DNA of 64,000 nt from assembly GCA_963809485.1 (NCBI GenBank), contig CAWEJX010000001.1:448001-512000 (forward strand), in the 5' to 3' direction. This document shows, one piece after another, positions 1 to 10,535 of the stretch. Under the pieces are notes generated by a model. That model made no database searches, was not told the DNA's origin, and saw only the letters and a list, made by a program, of their open reading frames with translations. The stretch's first letter is position 1, and every line of letters begins with the position of its first letter. The position numbers and the translations under genes are program-made. The DNA comes from an uncultured Acidobacteriota bacterium. GTDB lineage: Bacteria; Acidobacteriota; UBA6911.

Positions 1-1616
1 GCATGTGCGGTTGCAGGGTATTGAATCCCGATGGCACCCTCCAGCTGGCATGCAGGCGTTCTTACCCCACGCCGTGGGCCTCATTCTGCAAGATATCCGG
101 CTTGCAAAGCCTCTTCCCCAGGTCCCGGCTATTCGCTCAATACAACCAGACGTTCCGCCCCGAGGACGAGACCTATTTCGTGGACGCCATCAGCGGCTCC
201 TTCATGTTTGCCCGTGCTTCGGCACTGAATCAATCCGGCGGCTTCGATCCGGACTTTTTCATGTACGGCGAGGACCTCGATCTTTGCTATCGCATCAGCC
301 GGGCCGGATGGAAGATCGCGTATGTGCCAGAAACATCGGTCATTCATTATAAGGGCGCCAGCACCCGACGCAGCTATCTGAACAGGATAGGAATCTTCTA
401 CAATGCGATGGAACTCTTCGCCCGCAAGCATCACAGCAGCTCCGCACTGGTGCTGCTTTTCCTGCGCTTCGGCATCGCCTTGCGTTCGTGGCTCGCTTAC
501 GCCAACCGCCACCGACGTTCGCTGTTCGTTTTGCTGTGCGACCTGGCCGGTATCAACGCAGCCTTGCTGATCGCAACAAAGCTGCGCTTCGGGTCTTTTT
601 TCGGGTTTCCGCCTTACGCGTATCCGACAGTGTTCATCGTGCTTTCGGCGGTGACGCTTCTTTCCATGCTGAGCACAGGCGAGTATTTCGAGTCCAATCC
701 CTCGCTCAGGAGGGCCTTTGCCGGACTCATGCTGAATTTTTTCCTTCTCACCGCCCTCACCTACTTCTTTAACAATTTTGCTTTCAGCCGTGTCGTGCTG
801 CTAATGCTGATCTCGTTCGGCATCCTTTTCACCGGGCTCATCCGGATCCTGATGGCCATCTACGACAGATCGATGGGAAAGGAATCCGACCGGCGCATCG
901 CCGTCGTGGGAACCAACGGAGCGGCCGAACGGATTGTCCGCGCTCTACAAACGGCCGAAACTCGCAATGCCGACCTCGTTGGGATTGTTACCCGCTCAGA
1001 AACAGACAGGGGCACGATGTTTGAGATCCCCATAATCGGATCTATCGCTCATCTGCCCCAATTGATCGAGCAGCATCGCCTTGACGAAATCATCATCACG
1101 GATGAGTCGATTCCACGCAACGACGTGATGGGACTTATTAAACGGGCATCGGGGCGCTCGGCGCGTTTCCATGTCGCGCTCGACTACGAAGATATCGTCA
1201 CATCCCGGATCATCAATGAAGTGGCTGGAATTGAACCTACTTTGCCGCCCTATAATCTGATGCGGGTGCGCTATCGGATTGCCAAAAGGCTTTTTGACAT
1301 CGGGGCGTCCCTGTTTCTGCTGACTTTAGGGCTCCCGCTGGCAGGTTTCCTTGTCCATGATTTCTTCCCGGCGCTCAGGAAGCTGTGCGGCGCAATCACG
1401 GGCAAATATAGTATTGTAGGACTGTACCCTTTGGATGAGCAAAAGCCATCCATGGGCAGGATCGGCTTCACGGGGCTTGCCCATATCAGCAAACCTTCAA
1501 GACTTTCACCCCAGGTCATCCGCGAGCTGAACGAATACTACATTCAGCATTACACGCTGACTTTGGATTTTGACATCCTTTTGAAAAGCCTTTTCCGCAA
1601 GAGATACGACGACTGA
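1..1616 (+). CDS. GT2 glycosyltransferase fused to a membrane / Rossmann-like / sugar-transferase-like C-terminus (5' end outside window)
   Basis: GT2 motifs VDAISGSFM and GGFDPDFFMYGEDLDLC, followed by 4-5 TM helices, RRIAVVGT (WcaJ-like Rossmann) and KRLFDI (start of a Bac_transf-like domain). Confidence 0.8.
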   Translation, partial: MCGCRVLNPDGTLQLACRRSYPTPWASFCKISGLQSLFPRSRLFAQYNQTFRPEDETYFVDAISGSFMFARASALNQSGGFDPDFFMYGEDLDLCYRISRAGWKIAYVPETSVIHYKGASTRRSYLNRIGIFYNAMELFARKHHSSSALVLLFLRFGIALRSWLAYANRHRRSLFVLLCDLAGINAALLIATKLRFGSFFGFPPYAYPTVFIVLSAVTLLSMLSTGEYFESNPSLRRAFAGLMLNFFLLTALTYFFNNFAFSRVVLLMLISFGILFTGLIRILMAIYDRSMGKESDRRIAVVGTNGAAERIVRALQTAETRNADLVGIVTRSETDRGTMFEIPIIGSIAHLPQLIEQHRLDEIIITDESIPRNDVMGLIKRASGRSARFHVALDYEDIVTSRIINEVAGIEPTLPPYNLMRVRYRIAKRLFDIGASLFLLTLGLPLAGFLVHDFFPALRKLCGAITGKYSIVGLYPLDEQKPSMGRIGFTGLAHISKPSRLSPQVIRELNEYYIQHYTLTLDFDILLKSLFRKRYDD

Positions 1617-1630
1617 AACCGCTCTCCGGC

Positions 1631-2593
1631 CTATTTCCCGGCCAGCCGGGTCCTGAGCCACTTTCGATCCAGAATACGGTCTATTTCCGCACAGGACACC
1701 GTTCTCTGCGTCTGGATCTTCCGGCGCTTCCGCAGCACGCGCCGAATATTTTTCAAAAAGTCGAATTTGCCCGCCAGATAACCTGCCAGGCGTCCCTTTG
1801 CCCCGAAATAGAGCAATGCCAGGATTGCGTTGAGCAAATGGGAGGGAAGATATTTCCACACCAGCCGCCCGGGCATGTTTTTGAAATAGACATATTCGAC
1901 ATTCCTTTGGCCATAAAACACATGAGAACGGCTGAATTTCCCGATTGAGGCGTTAAGTCTGTGATAAACGACCGCGTTCGGCGCGTAAAGGCATGTCCAT
2001 CCCCGCAACTGCGCCCGGAAGCTGAGATCGCTGTCTTCGGAGAGAAGGAAGAAATCCTCATCGAAAAGCCCGATTTCGGCAAGCATCGAGCGTCGCAAAA
2101 GCATTGCGCAGCCCGAGGCGCCGAAAACAGACCCGGCAGACGCGAAGCTGCCGCAAGACACCAGGTGCCCGCGCTTGTATCCAACTCCAACGGTCGTCAT
2201 GCCGTCGCCGGCGCTGTCGAGCCTCTCGCGGTCGCTGTAAAGCAAAACTCTGGAAGCGACAATTCCCACACGGGAATCATGGGCGGCAGCCAGCAGGTGC
2301 TCTGCCCAATGATAATCGGCGACGGCATCATTATTGAGAAGGGCCACGAACTCGCCCGAAGACGCCTCTATACCCCGATTGTTGCCGGCGGCGAATCCAC
2401 GGTTTTCGGATAGTGCGAGGAGGCGGACTTTCGGGAACCGGCTTCGAACCAGATCGAGAGAACCATCGGTAGAACCATTGTCGACCAGCAATATCTCAAG
2501 GCCGTCTAGGCTCTGATGGGATAGGGATTCGAGGCATTCGGGAAGCAGCTGTTCGCCATTCCAGTTGACCACAATCGCAGTGAAAGCCGCCAT
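1631..2593 (-). CDS. GT2 family glycosyltransferase
   Basis: IVVNWNG, LVDNGSTDGS, ENRGFAAGNNRG, LLNNDA and FDEDFFLLSEDSDL. Start placed at ATG 2593; the ORF extends to 2626. Confidence 0.9.
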   Translation of the reverse strand: MAAFTAIVVNWNGEQLLPECLESLSHQSLDGLEILLVDNGSTDGSLDLVRSRFPKVRLLALSENRGFAAGNNRGIEASSGEFVALLNNDAVADYHWAEHLLAAAHDSRVGIVASRVLLYSDRERLDSAGDGMTTVGVGYKRGHLVSCGSFASAGSVFGASGCAMLLRRSMLAEIGLFDEDFFLLSEDSDLSFRAQLRGWTCLYAPNAVVYHRLNASIGKFSRSHVFYGQRNVEYVYFKNMPGRLVWKYLPSHLLNAILALLYFGAKGRLAGYLAGKFDFLKNIRRVLRKRRKIQTQRTVSCAEIDRILDRKWLRTRLAGK

Positions 2594-2678
2594 TATGTTC
2601 CTGCCGCGCTTTTGCTCCTCCGGCATGCTGAATCACCAAAAACCGGACAGAACCGACGCAATTACGAATTGAACGAAT

Positions 2679-3824
2679 TTATATGCCTCCGGTCGACCTG
2701 CCGCCGGCAAGGCGCTGATAAATGAACAGGGTCTGCTCGGCCGTCCTGCGCCATGGGAACTGTTCTGCCCTCTGAACCCCGGCTTCAGAATGCCGGGAGG
2801 CCATATCGTGGTTCTCGAGGATCCCGGCCATCGCATCGGCGATCGATTGAACATCGGCCGGGTCGACAAGGACCGCTGCCTCTCCCGCAACCTCTTCACA
2901 TGCAGTTCCGCGGCCGACAATAACCGGACAGCCGCAGGCCATGGCCTCGAGCACTCCGAGGCCGAATCCTTCATAAAAGGAGGGGAATACGAAGCCCCTG
3001 GCGAGGCTGTAAAACAAAGCAAGGTCTTCTTCCGGAACATAACCTAAAATGCGAACATACTGGTTTTGAGGAGAGTCTGTCTGGCTCGAGGCAACCGGCT
3101 CCAGAGTCCGGCCGATCAGAACGAGCTCAAGCCCGTCGGGCTTCCGCTTCCTCACCACGTGAAAGGCTTCAACAATGCGCTCGATGTTCCGCCGGCGGTG
3201 GATATCGCCGACAAAAAGAAGAAAATTGCCGCCCAATCCATATTTACGCTTCAGGTTCTCAAGCGGCTGCGGCTGGCTGACCATTCTGTACTTGCGCCGG
3301 TCAACTCCCAAAGGAATCACACTTATCTTTTCCTGTGGAATACCATAAACGCGCATGATTTCGCGCCTTGAGAATTCGGAAACAGTCAAAATGCAATCCG
3401 CGCTTCGGGCCGAGAGACGGTACCAGGCTTTTCGCAAGGTGCCGCTGCGATAGGGGTACCATTCCGGGTGGGCAGCATAGGAAATATCGTGAATGGTAAC
3501 GACGGATGGCCGGGGAAGCCATAACGGAATCGTGTATCCCGGCGAATGAAAGACATCGAAGACACTCTTTTTAAGCCCTCGAACCAGTGAAATATTGGTC
3601 CAGATGAAATTGTTGCCTGAAAAAGAGGGAATTCGAAGCACGTGAACACGCTCGCCACTGATCTTTGCTTCAATGGGAATATCCTGATTGATGGCGAGCA
3701 AAATCCTGAGGGACGGGTCCAGCAAAAGCAGTTGCTCCAGGAGATTGGACGTATAAATACCAATGCCTGTCCGTTCCCCACGCAAGCTCCTTCCATCCAC
3801 AGCCACTCGAGCCGGCAAGGCCAT
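2679..3824 (-). CDS. GT4 family glycosyltransferase
   Basis: TGIGIYT, VVTIHDI and FVFPSFYEGFGLGVLEAMACGCPV. Confidence 0.92.
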   Translation of the reverse strand: MALPARVAVDGRSLRGERTGIGIYTSNLLEQLLLLDPSLRILLAINQDIPIEAKISGERVHVLRIPSFSGNNFIWTNISLVRGLKKSVFDVFHSPGYTIPLWLPRPSVVTIHDISYAAHPEWYPYRSGTLRKAWYRLSARSADCILTVSEFSRREIMRVYGIPQEKISVIPLGVDRRKYRMVSQPQPLENLKRKYGLGGNFLLFVGDIHRRRNIERIVEAFHVVRKRKPDGLELVLIGRTLEPVASSQTDSPQNQYVRILGYVPEEDLALFYSLARGFVFPSFYEGFGLGVLEAMACGCPVIVGRGTACEEVAGEAAVLVDPADVQSIADAMAGILENHDMASRHSEAGVQRAEQFPWRRTAEQTLFIYQRLAGGRSTGGI

Positions 3825-3910
3825 TGAAAAACCCTACAATACGAAGACGCGTTACGCAATCTCCGAATACAGCATTGGGCAATTGCCAGGCCATTCCTCC
3901 ATCCCATTTT

Positions 3911-4312
3911 GTCAGGTACCTTCGGCAAAGCCGGAGGCTTGAAAGATTTAAACCGCTCAAAGCGGTTGGACTAGTTACGCCGGTCTTGAACGCTGACTTA
4001 TGCGGGCAAAAGCCGATGAGGCGCTTCCGATCCCAGCAGGGGCCAGCGCTCCGCGCTGGACAGTTTTCTGCGGCGGCACCGTGGAAAGCGCCGTGCGGCA
4101 AGGAGATAAAGGGTATGAGAAACCGGGCGCTTGCCACAGTGCCGCCGCCGAAAACTCCATCGGAAGCGCCTCATCGGCTTTTGCTCGCCGACTTTCGCCG
4201 AACAAATCGACGTTTGTCAGCGCTTTTATCAGCGTTTCTCAGCGTTTCAAAATACGGAGCTGTCAAACTCTTTGAGTCCCCCGGCAGAGCCGGGGGTTTA
4301 CCAATGTAATTA
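3911..4312. mobile_element. Non-autonomous IS200-like palindromic element (MITE/PATE), copy A
   Basis: Terminal hairpins CCTTCGGCAAAGCCGGAGG and CCCCCGGCAGAGCCGGGGG plus an AACCGCTCAAAGCGGTT hairpin; nested internal inverted repeats. Near-identical to 24874-25275 and homologous to 21674-22066. No transposase ORF. Confidence 0.75.
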
Positions 4313-4749
4313 GTGCCCATCTTCCATATCAGCTGGGCATATTGGCGTGAAGGCGCCTGACCTTGTCTTCAATCATGAAAGGTTTTCAGATGGACCGGCC
4401 GCCCGTTTTGCAGAATCGACCGGGCCCTGGGAGTTTTGATAAAAAATCGTTTCGATACGTGTGAGGCCTCATCAACAAAACCGGCCTTCCTCAATCTTAA
4501 ACGGCTGTAAAATTTCCCGACACTTCCAAAGCTTCCGGATCATGGGGCCCTCATCGGGCTAAGTGGTTAAGGAAATCATTTATTTTCAAACAATTGCGTC
4601 ACTCATAGTCGCCGGTCTGCCCAAGCCGATCATCGATTGAAATAGCTACCCTAGTTTCTGTCGCGAAATTCGGGATTTGCGAGGAAACCGGCTTTTATAA
4701 CGGTCAATGGGATATTTGATATTACATATAAGCCGGAAATGGGAGCCGG

Positions 4750-4927
4750 GCCGCGTAGCGGCCAGCTGAATTTGGCCAGGCCTTTTAAGTCCTGGATCTA
4801 AAGGAGTTAGATTTTCCGTCGCGTAGCGACGGTTGAATTTCAGGCGTCGCTACGCGACGCGCTGTTCTCAATACCATGGCTCCCGGCCTTGAAAGGCCGG
4901 GCTAAAATCATATTGCCGCTACGCGGC
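4750..4927. repeat. REP/REPIN-like palindromic cluster
   Basis: Terminal inverted pair GCCGCGTAGCGGC / GCCGCTACGCGGC; internal CGTCGCGTAGCGACG / CGTCGCTACGCGACG; hairpin CCCGGCCTTGAAAGGCCGGG. Confidence 0.7.
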
Positions 4928-5134
4928 TCAACCCAGTTTCGCGACAGAAACTACCCTAATATTACTGCCATTTTCATTGCCGCCGGGATTATCCCTCGTG
5001 TCGGATTTCCTTACACTTTCGCTTGGATCCCTCATTACCAAATGGAGAATTTTGTGATACCTATAAAATCTAATATATTCATTTTATTGGCTTTACATCG
5101 TATTACGCTGTTCTTTGGCTTGATTGCTTCACAA

Positions 5135-5150
5135 TGGACTGGATATTGCA
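5135..5150 (+). promoter_or_regulatory. Candidate sigma-54 (-24/-12) promoter of the PEP-CTERM gene
   Basis: TGGACTGGATATTGCA gives GG-N10-GC about 40 nt upstream of ATG 5188. PEP-CTERM genes are commonly sigma-54 controlled. Confidence 0.5.
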
Positions 5151-5187
5151 TTAATCAGGGTGCAACTGATTCAGAAAGGAATTCGAT

Positions 5188-5748
5188 ATGGGAAAGAACA
5201 TTGGATACATTTTAGTGGCATTCATAATGGTGGTCGGGGCCGCGTACAATGTGAACGCCGACACCATTTATATCACTCCAGCAACCACCTCCCAATGGAC
5301 TGGCGCAGAAACCTCACAAGCTGAGATAAATGATGCGATTGCAGCCATATGCCCCTATGACTCATGTGGCGAGGTCTACAAGGCTACTCCCGGCGACGAC
5401 GATCAAGGTGCATTTGACGCCTCCTACGATACCCTGTTCGATAGCGATAGTGAGGCCGGAGCCGGCTCGGTCGCCTATATCGGTGGTGCCTACATCGACG
5501 ATCCCAGCTTCCTGCTGATCAAGGACGGCAACCACGAACCGGCCTGGTACTTGTTCGATATATCCGGCTGGAGCGGAATGGATACAATAGAGTTCAGAGG
5601 CTTTTGGCCCGACGGAGGATCCATATCGCACGTTACTATTTATGATGGCGGTCCCGGTAGCGGCGAAAACCCAATTCCGGAACCAACATCTCTGCTACTG
5701 ATAGGAACCGGCCTTGTTGGCCTGGTATTATGGCGGCGCAGGTCTTAA
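5188..5748 (+). CDS. PEP-CTERM sorting-domain surface protein
   Basis: N-terminal signal peptide; acidic body; C-terminal IPEPTSLLLIGTGLVGLVLWRRRS (PEP + TM + basic tail). Confidence 0.95.
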   Translation: MGKNIGYILVAFIMVVGAAYNVNADTIYITPATTSQWTGAETSQAEINDAIAAICPYDSCGEVYKATPGDDDQGAFDASYDTLFDSDSEAGAGSVAYIGGAYIDDPSFLLIKDGNHEPAWYLFDISGWSGMDTIEFRGFWPDGGSISHVTIYDGGPGSGENPIPEPTSLLLIGTGLVGLVLWRRRS

Positions 5749-5782
5749 GGACACAGAAAGCATATTTCATACCGGTAATATG

Positions 5783-5812
5783 AAAAAGGCCACTTGAAAA
5801 GTGGCCTTTTTT
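5783..5812 (+). terminator. Rho-independent terminator (possibly bidirectional)
   Basis: AAAAAGGCCACTT-GAA-AAGTGGCCTTTTTT directly after the PEP-CTERM gene. Confidence 0.85.
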
Positions 5813-5964
5813 ATTGCCCCTTCCCTTCCTGAAAGCGTCGCAGGATAAAAGGTGTGATAAAAATCACCCAAGTTATTATTTATTCAGGCATTTGCTGTAA
5901 AATGCAGGCTTAACGGCGGAAGCGATAGAGGGCGGGGCATTTCCATTCAAAAGGAGGGGCGTCA

Positions 5965-6885
5965 GTGAAGATTCTGGTCACAGGCGGAGCAGGCTTTATA
6001 GGTTCCAATATTGTGGACGCATTTCTATCGGCCGGCCATGAGATATGTGTGGTCGACGACCTGTCCACCGGCTTTCGCCGGAATGTGAACGCGGACGCCC
6101 GCCTGCATGAAGTGGACATACGGAGCGCCCGGCTGGCAGAAGTCTTTAGAAATGAAAAGCCCGATATCGTTTGCCATCAAGCCGCGCGTGCCAATGTGCG
6201 CGAGTCGTTCGAGAAGCCGCTTCTTTACGCAGATGTCAACATACTGGGCTCCTTGAATGTCCTGGAGTGCTGCCGGCAGCTGGGCATCCGGAAGATAATC
6301 TATGCCTGCACCGGAGGCGCCGTGTATGGGGAACCGCAGCAGCTCCCGGTCACGGAGGATCATCCGGTCAATCCGCTTGATCCCTATGGCGCCAGCAAGC
6401 ACCATGTCGAGCACTACCTGCATCTTTACATGGCCAACTTCGGCATTCCCTTCACCTCGCTTCGCTATCCCAACGTATACGGCCTCAGGCAGGATTCCCA
6501 AGGGGAGGCGGGCGTGGTAGCCATATTCTCCGCACAAATGCTGAGTGGCAGCCGGACGGTGATCAACGGATCCGGAGACCAGGAGCGCGATTTTGTATAT
6601 GTTTCGGATATAGCACGGGCAAACATTCTGGCCCTGGACCGTGGCGACGGCGAAATTGTAAATATCGGCAGCGGCGTTGGCACTTCCGTCAACACGATAT
6701 TTACAACGCTGGCCAGGCTTACGGATTATCAGGGAGAGGTCGTTCACGGGCCTGCCAAGAAGGGTGAAGTTTACAGGATCTACCTCAATGCCGATAAAGC
6801 CCGGCACATACTCGGCTGGACTCCGATGATGGCACTAGAAGAAGGGCTTGCCTCCACTGTCGACTATTTCCGGAAAATCAAATGA
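5965..6885 (+). CDS. NAD-dependent epimerase/dehydratase (UDP-glucose 4-epimerase-like)
   Basis: GTG start with AGGAGG RBS; TGGAGFIGS; YGASK catalytic motif; RYPNVYG; RDFVYV. Confidence 0.9.
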   Translation: MKILVTGGAGFIGSNIVDAFLSAGHEICVVDDLSTGFRRNVNADARLHEVDIRSARLAEVFRNEKPDIVCHQAARANVRESFEKPLLYADVNILGSLNVLECCRQLGIRKIIYACTGGAVYGEPQQLPVTEDHPVNPLDPYGASKHHVEHYLHLYMANFGIPFTSLRYPNVYGLRQDSQGEAGVVAIFSAQMLSGSRTVINGSGDQERDFVYVSDIARANILALDRGDGEIVNIGSGVGTSVNTIFTTLARLTDYQGEVVHGPAKKGEVYRIYLNADKARHILGWTPMMALEEGLASTVDYFRKIK

Positions 6886-7066
6886 GGCCCGGCAGCTTGG
6901 TATGATGCGCGGCCGCGAAGCTTGGGCACGAGCCGTTACGCGCGTCTGCTCAGCTGCAGCAGGTATCTTCTGGAAAGCTTGAAGTCCCGCCGCGTTCTAC
7001 CGGCCGCACTCACTGCCGCAGAGTTGCACAGAGGGAAAGGTTCGGATTAGCGCGCTCCGGAAAGGA

Positions 7067-7726
7067 TTACCAGAAATAATAAGCAGAGCGGGCAATAACC
7101 CAAAGGCTCAGAAGTAAATTGGTGACTGCGTGGGCCATGATGGCGTCGCCTAGACGATCCTTGCGGCAAACCAAACCCTGGTAGGCAAACGCGCACAGGA
7201 TTCCCGGCAGCCATTCGTAGTGGCTGATCCCGAACACAACTCCGGCAACAAGGAATGCCTTCAGATTGAAAGCTCCCAAGGATATCTTCGCAAAGTCTGA
7301 TTGAATGATATAACGATAGAGGAAGGATCGATAGAAGACCTCCTCCAACATCGGAACCACAAGGGACGAACCTATGACACGCACTCCCAGGAAAATCAGG
7401 GCCAGAGTGCTGCCATTGCCATATGTTTGGCCGGGATCAAAGCTTCCCGGACGCCGGGCAACCATCGGATAAAGGCCGTCCAATCCTGTCCAGACCAGAA
7501 AAACGACGCCCCCTACGACAATCGCTTCCCAGGAGAACTTCCACCTCATTTCCCTGACGTGCGGCCAGACTAAACAGATCAGCCAGGCACCGACTATTGT
7601 TTTGATAGCATATATCCAGTATTGAGAAGTATCGCCAAGACGGCCCTGGAACAGAGTCAGAGCGGCAAAGACGGCAAAGGGGACCACACGCGCAAGTACG
7701 GGGGAGGATCGTATTTTGTTGAGCAT
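7067..7726 (-). CDS. CAAX prenyl protease-related protein (PEP-CTERM/exosortase-associated, TIGR03008-like)
   Basis: Multi-TM; VVPMLEEVFYRSFL (EExxxR), FGISH and AHAVTN (HxxxN); lies in a PEP-CTERM locus. Confidence 0.85.
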   Translation of the reverse strand: MLNKIRSSPVLARVVPFAVFAALTLFQGRLGDTSQYWIYAIKTIVGAWLICLVWPHVREMRWKFSWEAIVVGGVVFLVWTGLDGLYPMVARRPGSFDPGQTYGNGSTLALIFLGVRVIGSSLVVPMLEEVFYRSFLYRYIIQSDFAKISLGAFNLKAFLVAGVVFGISHYEWLPGILCAFAYQGLVCRKDRLGDAIMAHAVTNLLLSLWVIARSAYYFW

Positions 7727-7827
7727 AAGGAGCCTTCAGTCTAACCTTAGAGCATATCGGCAGCAACCGGGAAAGACTCAGTGAAGTTCAGGGAAAATTC
7801 GCCGATTTAGTTGCAGTGGAGGGAACC

Positions 7828-9201
7828 ATGTTCTTGAAACGCATCGCATGCATTGGCGCCGGATACGTGGGCGGGCCGACCATGGCGGTTATCGCCATGA
7901 AATGCCCGCAATATAAAGTCAATGTCGTGGACATCAGCGAGGCCCGCATCCGAGCCTGGCAGACAGAGGACCTGCCCATCTACGAGCCGGGATTGCTCGA
8001 TGTGGTGAAAGCGGCGCGCGGACGGAACCTGTTTTTCTCTACCGATATCCGTGCCGCCATTCGCGAATCCGAAATAATCTTTGTCTCGGTCAATACCCCG
8101 ACGAAGACTTTCGGCGAAGGCGCCGGCAAGGCCGCCGATCTTCAGTATTGGGAGAAAGTCGCCCGTGAGATCCTGCACGAGTCGACATCCGCGAAAATCG
8201 TCATCGAAAAAAGCACACTGCCGGTCAAAACCGCGCAAACTATGGAGAATATTCTCAACGCCAACGGGAGGAAAGTTCCGTTCGAGGTGATTTCAAATCC
8301 CGAGTTTTTGGCTGAAGGCACGGCGGTCAAGGACCTTCTGGAGCCCGATCGAGTCCTGATCGGGTCGCGCGAGACGCCGACTGGGCTTAAAGCGCGGCAG
8401 GACGTTGTGGACATCTACGCGAATTGGGTGCCGCTGGAACGGATCCTTACCAGCAATGTCTGGAGCGCCGAACTGTCCAAGCTGGTTGCCAACGCTTTCC
8501 TTGCACAGCGGATCTCCTCAATAAACAGCATTTCGGCGCTGTGTGAAAAAACCGACGCCAGCGTGCTGGAAGTCTCCCGCGCCGTAGGCATGGACTCGCG
8601 CATCGGCAGCCGCTTTCTCAATGCGAGCGTCGGATTCGGCGGATCGTGCTTCAAGAAAGATATCCTGAACCTGGTCTACATCTGCGAGTATTACGGACTT
8701 GAGGAACCTGCCCGATACTGGGAATCGGTGCTCACGATGAATGAGTACCAGGAATCGCGCTTCGTCCGCAAAATGATACGAGAAATGTTCAACACCATCG
8801 TTGGGAAGCGGATCGCCCTCTTCGGATTTGCATTCAAGGCCGACACAAGCGACACGCGGGAATCGCCTGCGATCTACATTGCGCGCAAACTGATGGAGGA
8901 GAAAGCCTGCGTGGCGATCACGGACCCAAAGGCGCTGGAGAACGCGCGGATCGACCTTGCAGGGTGCGAGGAGAATCTAGATTTGGTCGAGGATCCATAC
9001 GAGGCAGCACGCGGGGCTCATGGAATCGCGGTGATGACAGAATGGGCGCTGTACCGTTCGCTGGATTGGGAGAAAATCTACAGATCGATGGAGAAGCCGG
9101 CATTCCTGTTCGACGGCCGCAACCTGCTCGACCACGAGAGGCTTTTCGAAATCGGATTCAATGTCTACCCGCTGGGAAAATCACCCCTTAAGCATTTTTA
9201 G
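7828..9201 (+). CDS. ugd: UDP-glucose 6-dehydrogenase
   Basis: IACIGAGYVGGPT, SNPEFLAEG, GFGGSCFKKD (catalytic Cys) and GFAFKADTSDTRES. Confidence 0.93.
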   Translation: MFLKRIACIGAGYVGGPTMAVIAMKCPQYKVNVVDISEARIRAWQTEDLPIYEPGLLDVVKAARGRNLFFSTDIRAAIRESEIIFVSVNTPTKTFGEGAGKAADLQYWEKVAREILHESTSAKIVIEKSTLPVKTAQTMENILNANGRKVPFEVISNPEFLAEGTAVKDLLEPDRVLIGSRETPTGLKARQDVVDIYANWVPLERILTSNVWSAELSKLVANAFLAQRISSINSISALCEKTDASVLEVSRAVGMDSRIGSRFLNASVGFGGSCFKKDILNLVYICEYYGLEEPARYWESVLTMNEYQESRFVRKMIREMFNTIVGKRIALFGFAFKADTSDTRESPAIYIARKLMEEKACVAITDPKALENARIDLAGCEENLDLVEDPYEAARGAHGIAVMTEWALYRSLDWEKIYRSMEKPAFLFDGRNLLDHERLFEIGFNVYPLGKSPLKHF

Positions 9202-9248
9202 GCTGCGAATCTCATGCCTGGGGCGGTCCTGAAATACGCGCCTGGAAA

Positions 9249-10535
9249 TCAGGCTTTCCAGACCTGACCCGGCCTGGTCCGGATTTTGGACATGGCGTTG
9301 CGCGCATCCACGATGCAATCCGCGTATTCCGCCAGCTCGCTGTAATTCACGGCCGTATGCTGGGTTGAAATCAAAACCACATCGAAGCTGCCCAATACTT
9401 CCCTGGTCCAGGCCACCGATTGGGTCCCTGCCCAGTGCCCGAATTCACGGGAAGGGCGTATCACCGGGATATGGGGATCGTAGTAGCTCACCTGAACCCC
9501 GCGCCTGGTCAACAGATCCATCAGCACATAACTGGGTGATTCGCGATCGTCGTCTACGTCTGCCTTGTATGCAATACCCAGGACCAGCACTTTGGATCCT
9601 TTCAGAGATTTGCGCCGGTCATTCAATGCGTCGGCAACCCTGTTGACCACATACTGCGGCATGGAGGTGTTGATCTCACCGGCCAGCTCAATAAAGCGGG
9701 TATGCTGGCCGTATTCACGTGCTTTCCAGGTAAGATAAAAAGGATCGATCGGGATGCAGTGTCCTCCCAAGCCGGGCCCGGGATAAAACGGCATGAAACC
9801 AAATGGCTTTGTCTTCGCCGAATTGATGACTTCCCAAACGTCTATTCCCATGGCCTCGTAGACGACCTTCAGTTCATTCACGAGAGCGATATTGACGGCT
9901 CTAAAGGTGTTTTCCAGAAGCTTGGTGGCTTCCGCAGCGCGGCAGGAGGATACGGGAACGATTGTCTTTATGGCTCTGCCGTACAGATCAACGGCCTTTT
10001 TCAGACAATCGGGCGTGTAACCTCCGACAACCTTGGGAATCAGGGCAACCTTGCTATCGGGATTACCGGGGTCCTCTCTTTCCGGGGAGAACGCCAGATG
10101 GAAGTCTTTGCCGGCTTTCATGCCGGATCCGGCTTCGAGCACTTCGCGCAAATCTTCATCCGTGGTGCCTGGATATGTAGTCGACTCGAGGACTACAAGG
10201 CACCCTTTGGCCAAGTGAGGAGCAATGGACCTCCCGGTATCGATGATAAAGCTGATATCGGGCTCCCGATTCTTGTTCAGCGGCGTCGGCACGCAGATAA
10301 TTACGGCTTCAGTTTCTTTGACCCGGGAAAAGTCGGTGGAGGCCTTGAACGCACCCGCGCTCACGGCTGCGGCGATATCCGCCGGCTCGATGTGTTTTAT
10401 GTAACTCTTGCCGGCGCTGAGCGCTTCCACTTTCTGTTTGTCCACGTCCAGCCCCAATACGTTTACGCCGGCACGGGCGAACTGCAGAGACAGGGGCAAT
10501 CCAACATATCCAAGTCCAACGACCGATATCTTCAT
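9249..10535 (-). CDS. Nucleotide-sugar dehydrogenase (UDP-N-acetylhexosamine 6-dehydrogenase, WbpA/WecC-like)
   Basis: VGLGYVGLPL, LESTTYPGTT, FSPEREDPGN and GPGLGGHCIPIDP. Start ATG 10535. Confidence 0.9.
   Translation of the reverse strand: MKISVVGLGYVGLPLSLQFARAGVNVLGLDVDKQKVEALSAGKSYIKHIEPADIAAAVSAGAFKASTDFSRVKETEAVIICVPTPLNKNREPDISFIIDTGRSIAPHLAKGCLVVLESTTYPGTTDEDLREVLEAGSGMKAGKDFHLAFSPEREDPGNPDSKVALIPKVVGGYTPDCLKKAVDLYGRAIKTIVPVSSCRAAEATKLLENTFRAVNIALVNELKVVYEAMGIDVWEVINSAKTKPFGFMPFYPGPGLGGHCIPIDPFYLTWKAREYGQHTRFIELAGEINTSMPQYVVNRVADALNDRRKSLKGSKVLVLGIAYKADVDDDRESPSYVLMDLLTRRGVQVSYYDPHIPVIRPSREFGHWAGTQSVAWTREVLGSFDVVLISTQHTAVNYSELAEYADCIVDARNAMSKIRTRPGQVWKA

Noticed and set aside
3670-4313. 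Several 60-160 aa ORFs that recur at 21.7-22.1 kb and 24.7-25.3 kb
   Set aside because: They are translations of the repeated palindromic element, with no HUH/Y1 or other protein motif.
4889-5215. 108-aa ORF upstream of the PEP-CTERM gene
   Set aside because: It starts inside a REP hairpin and crosses an AT-rich promoter region; no motif.
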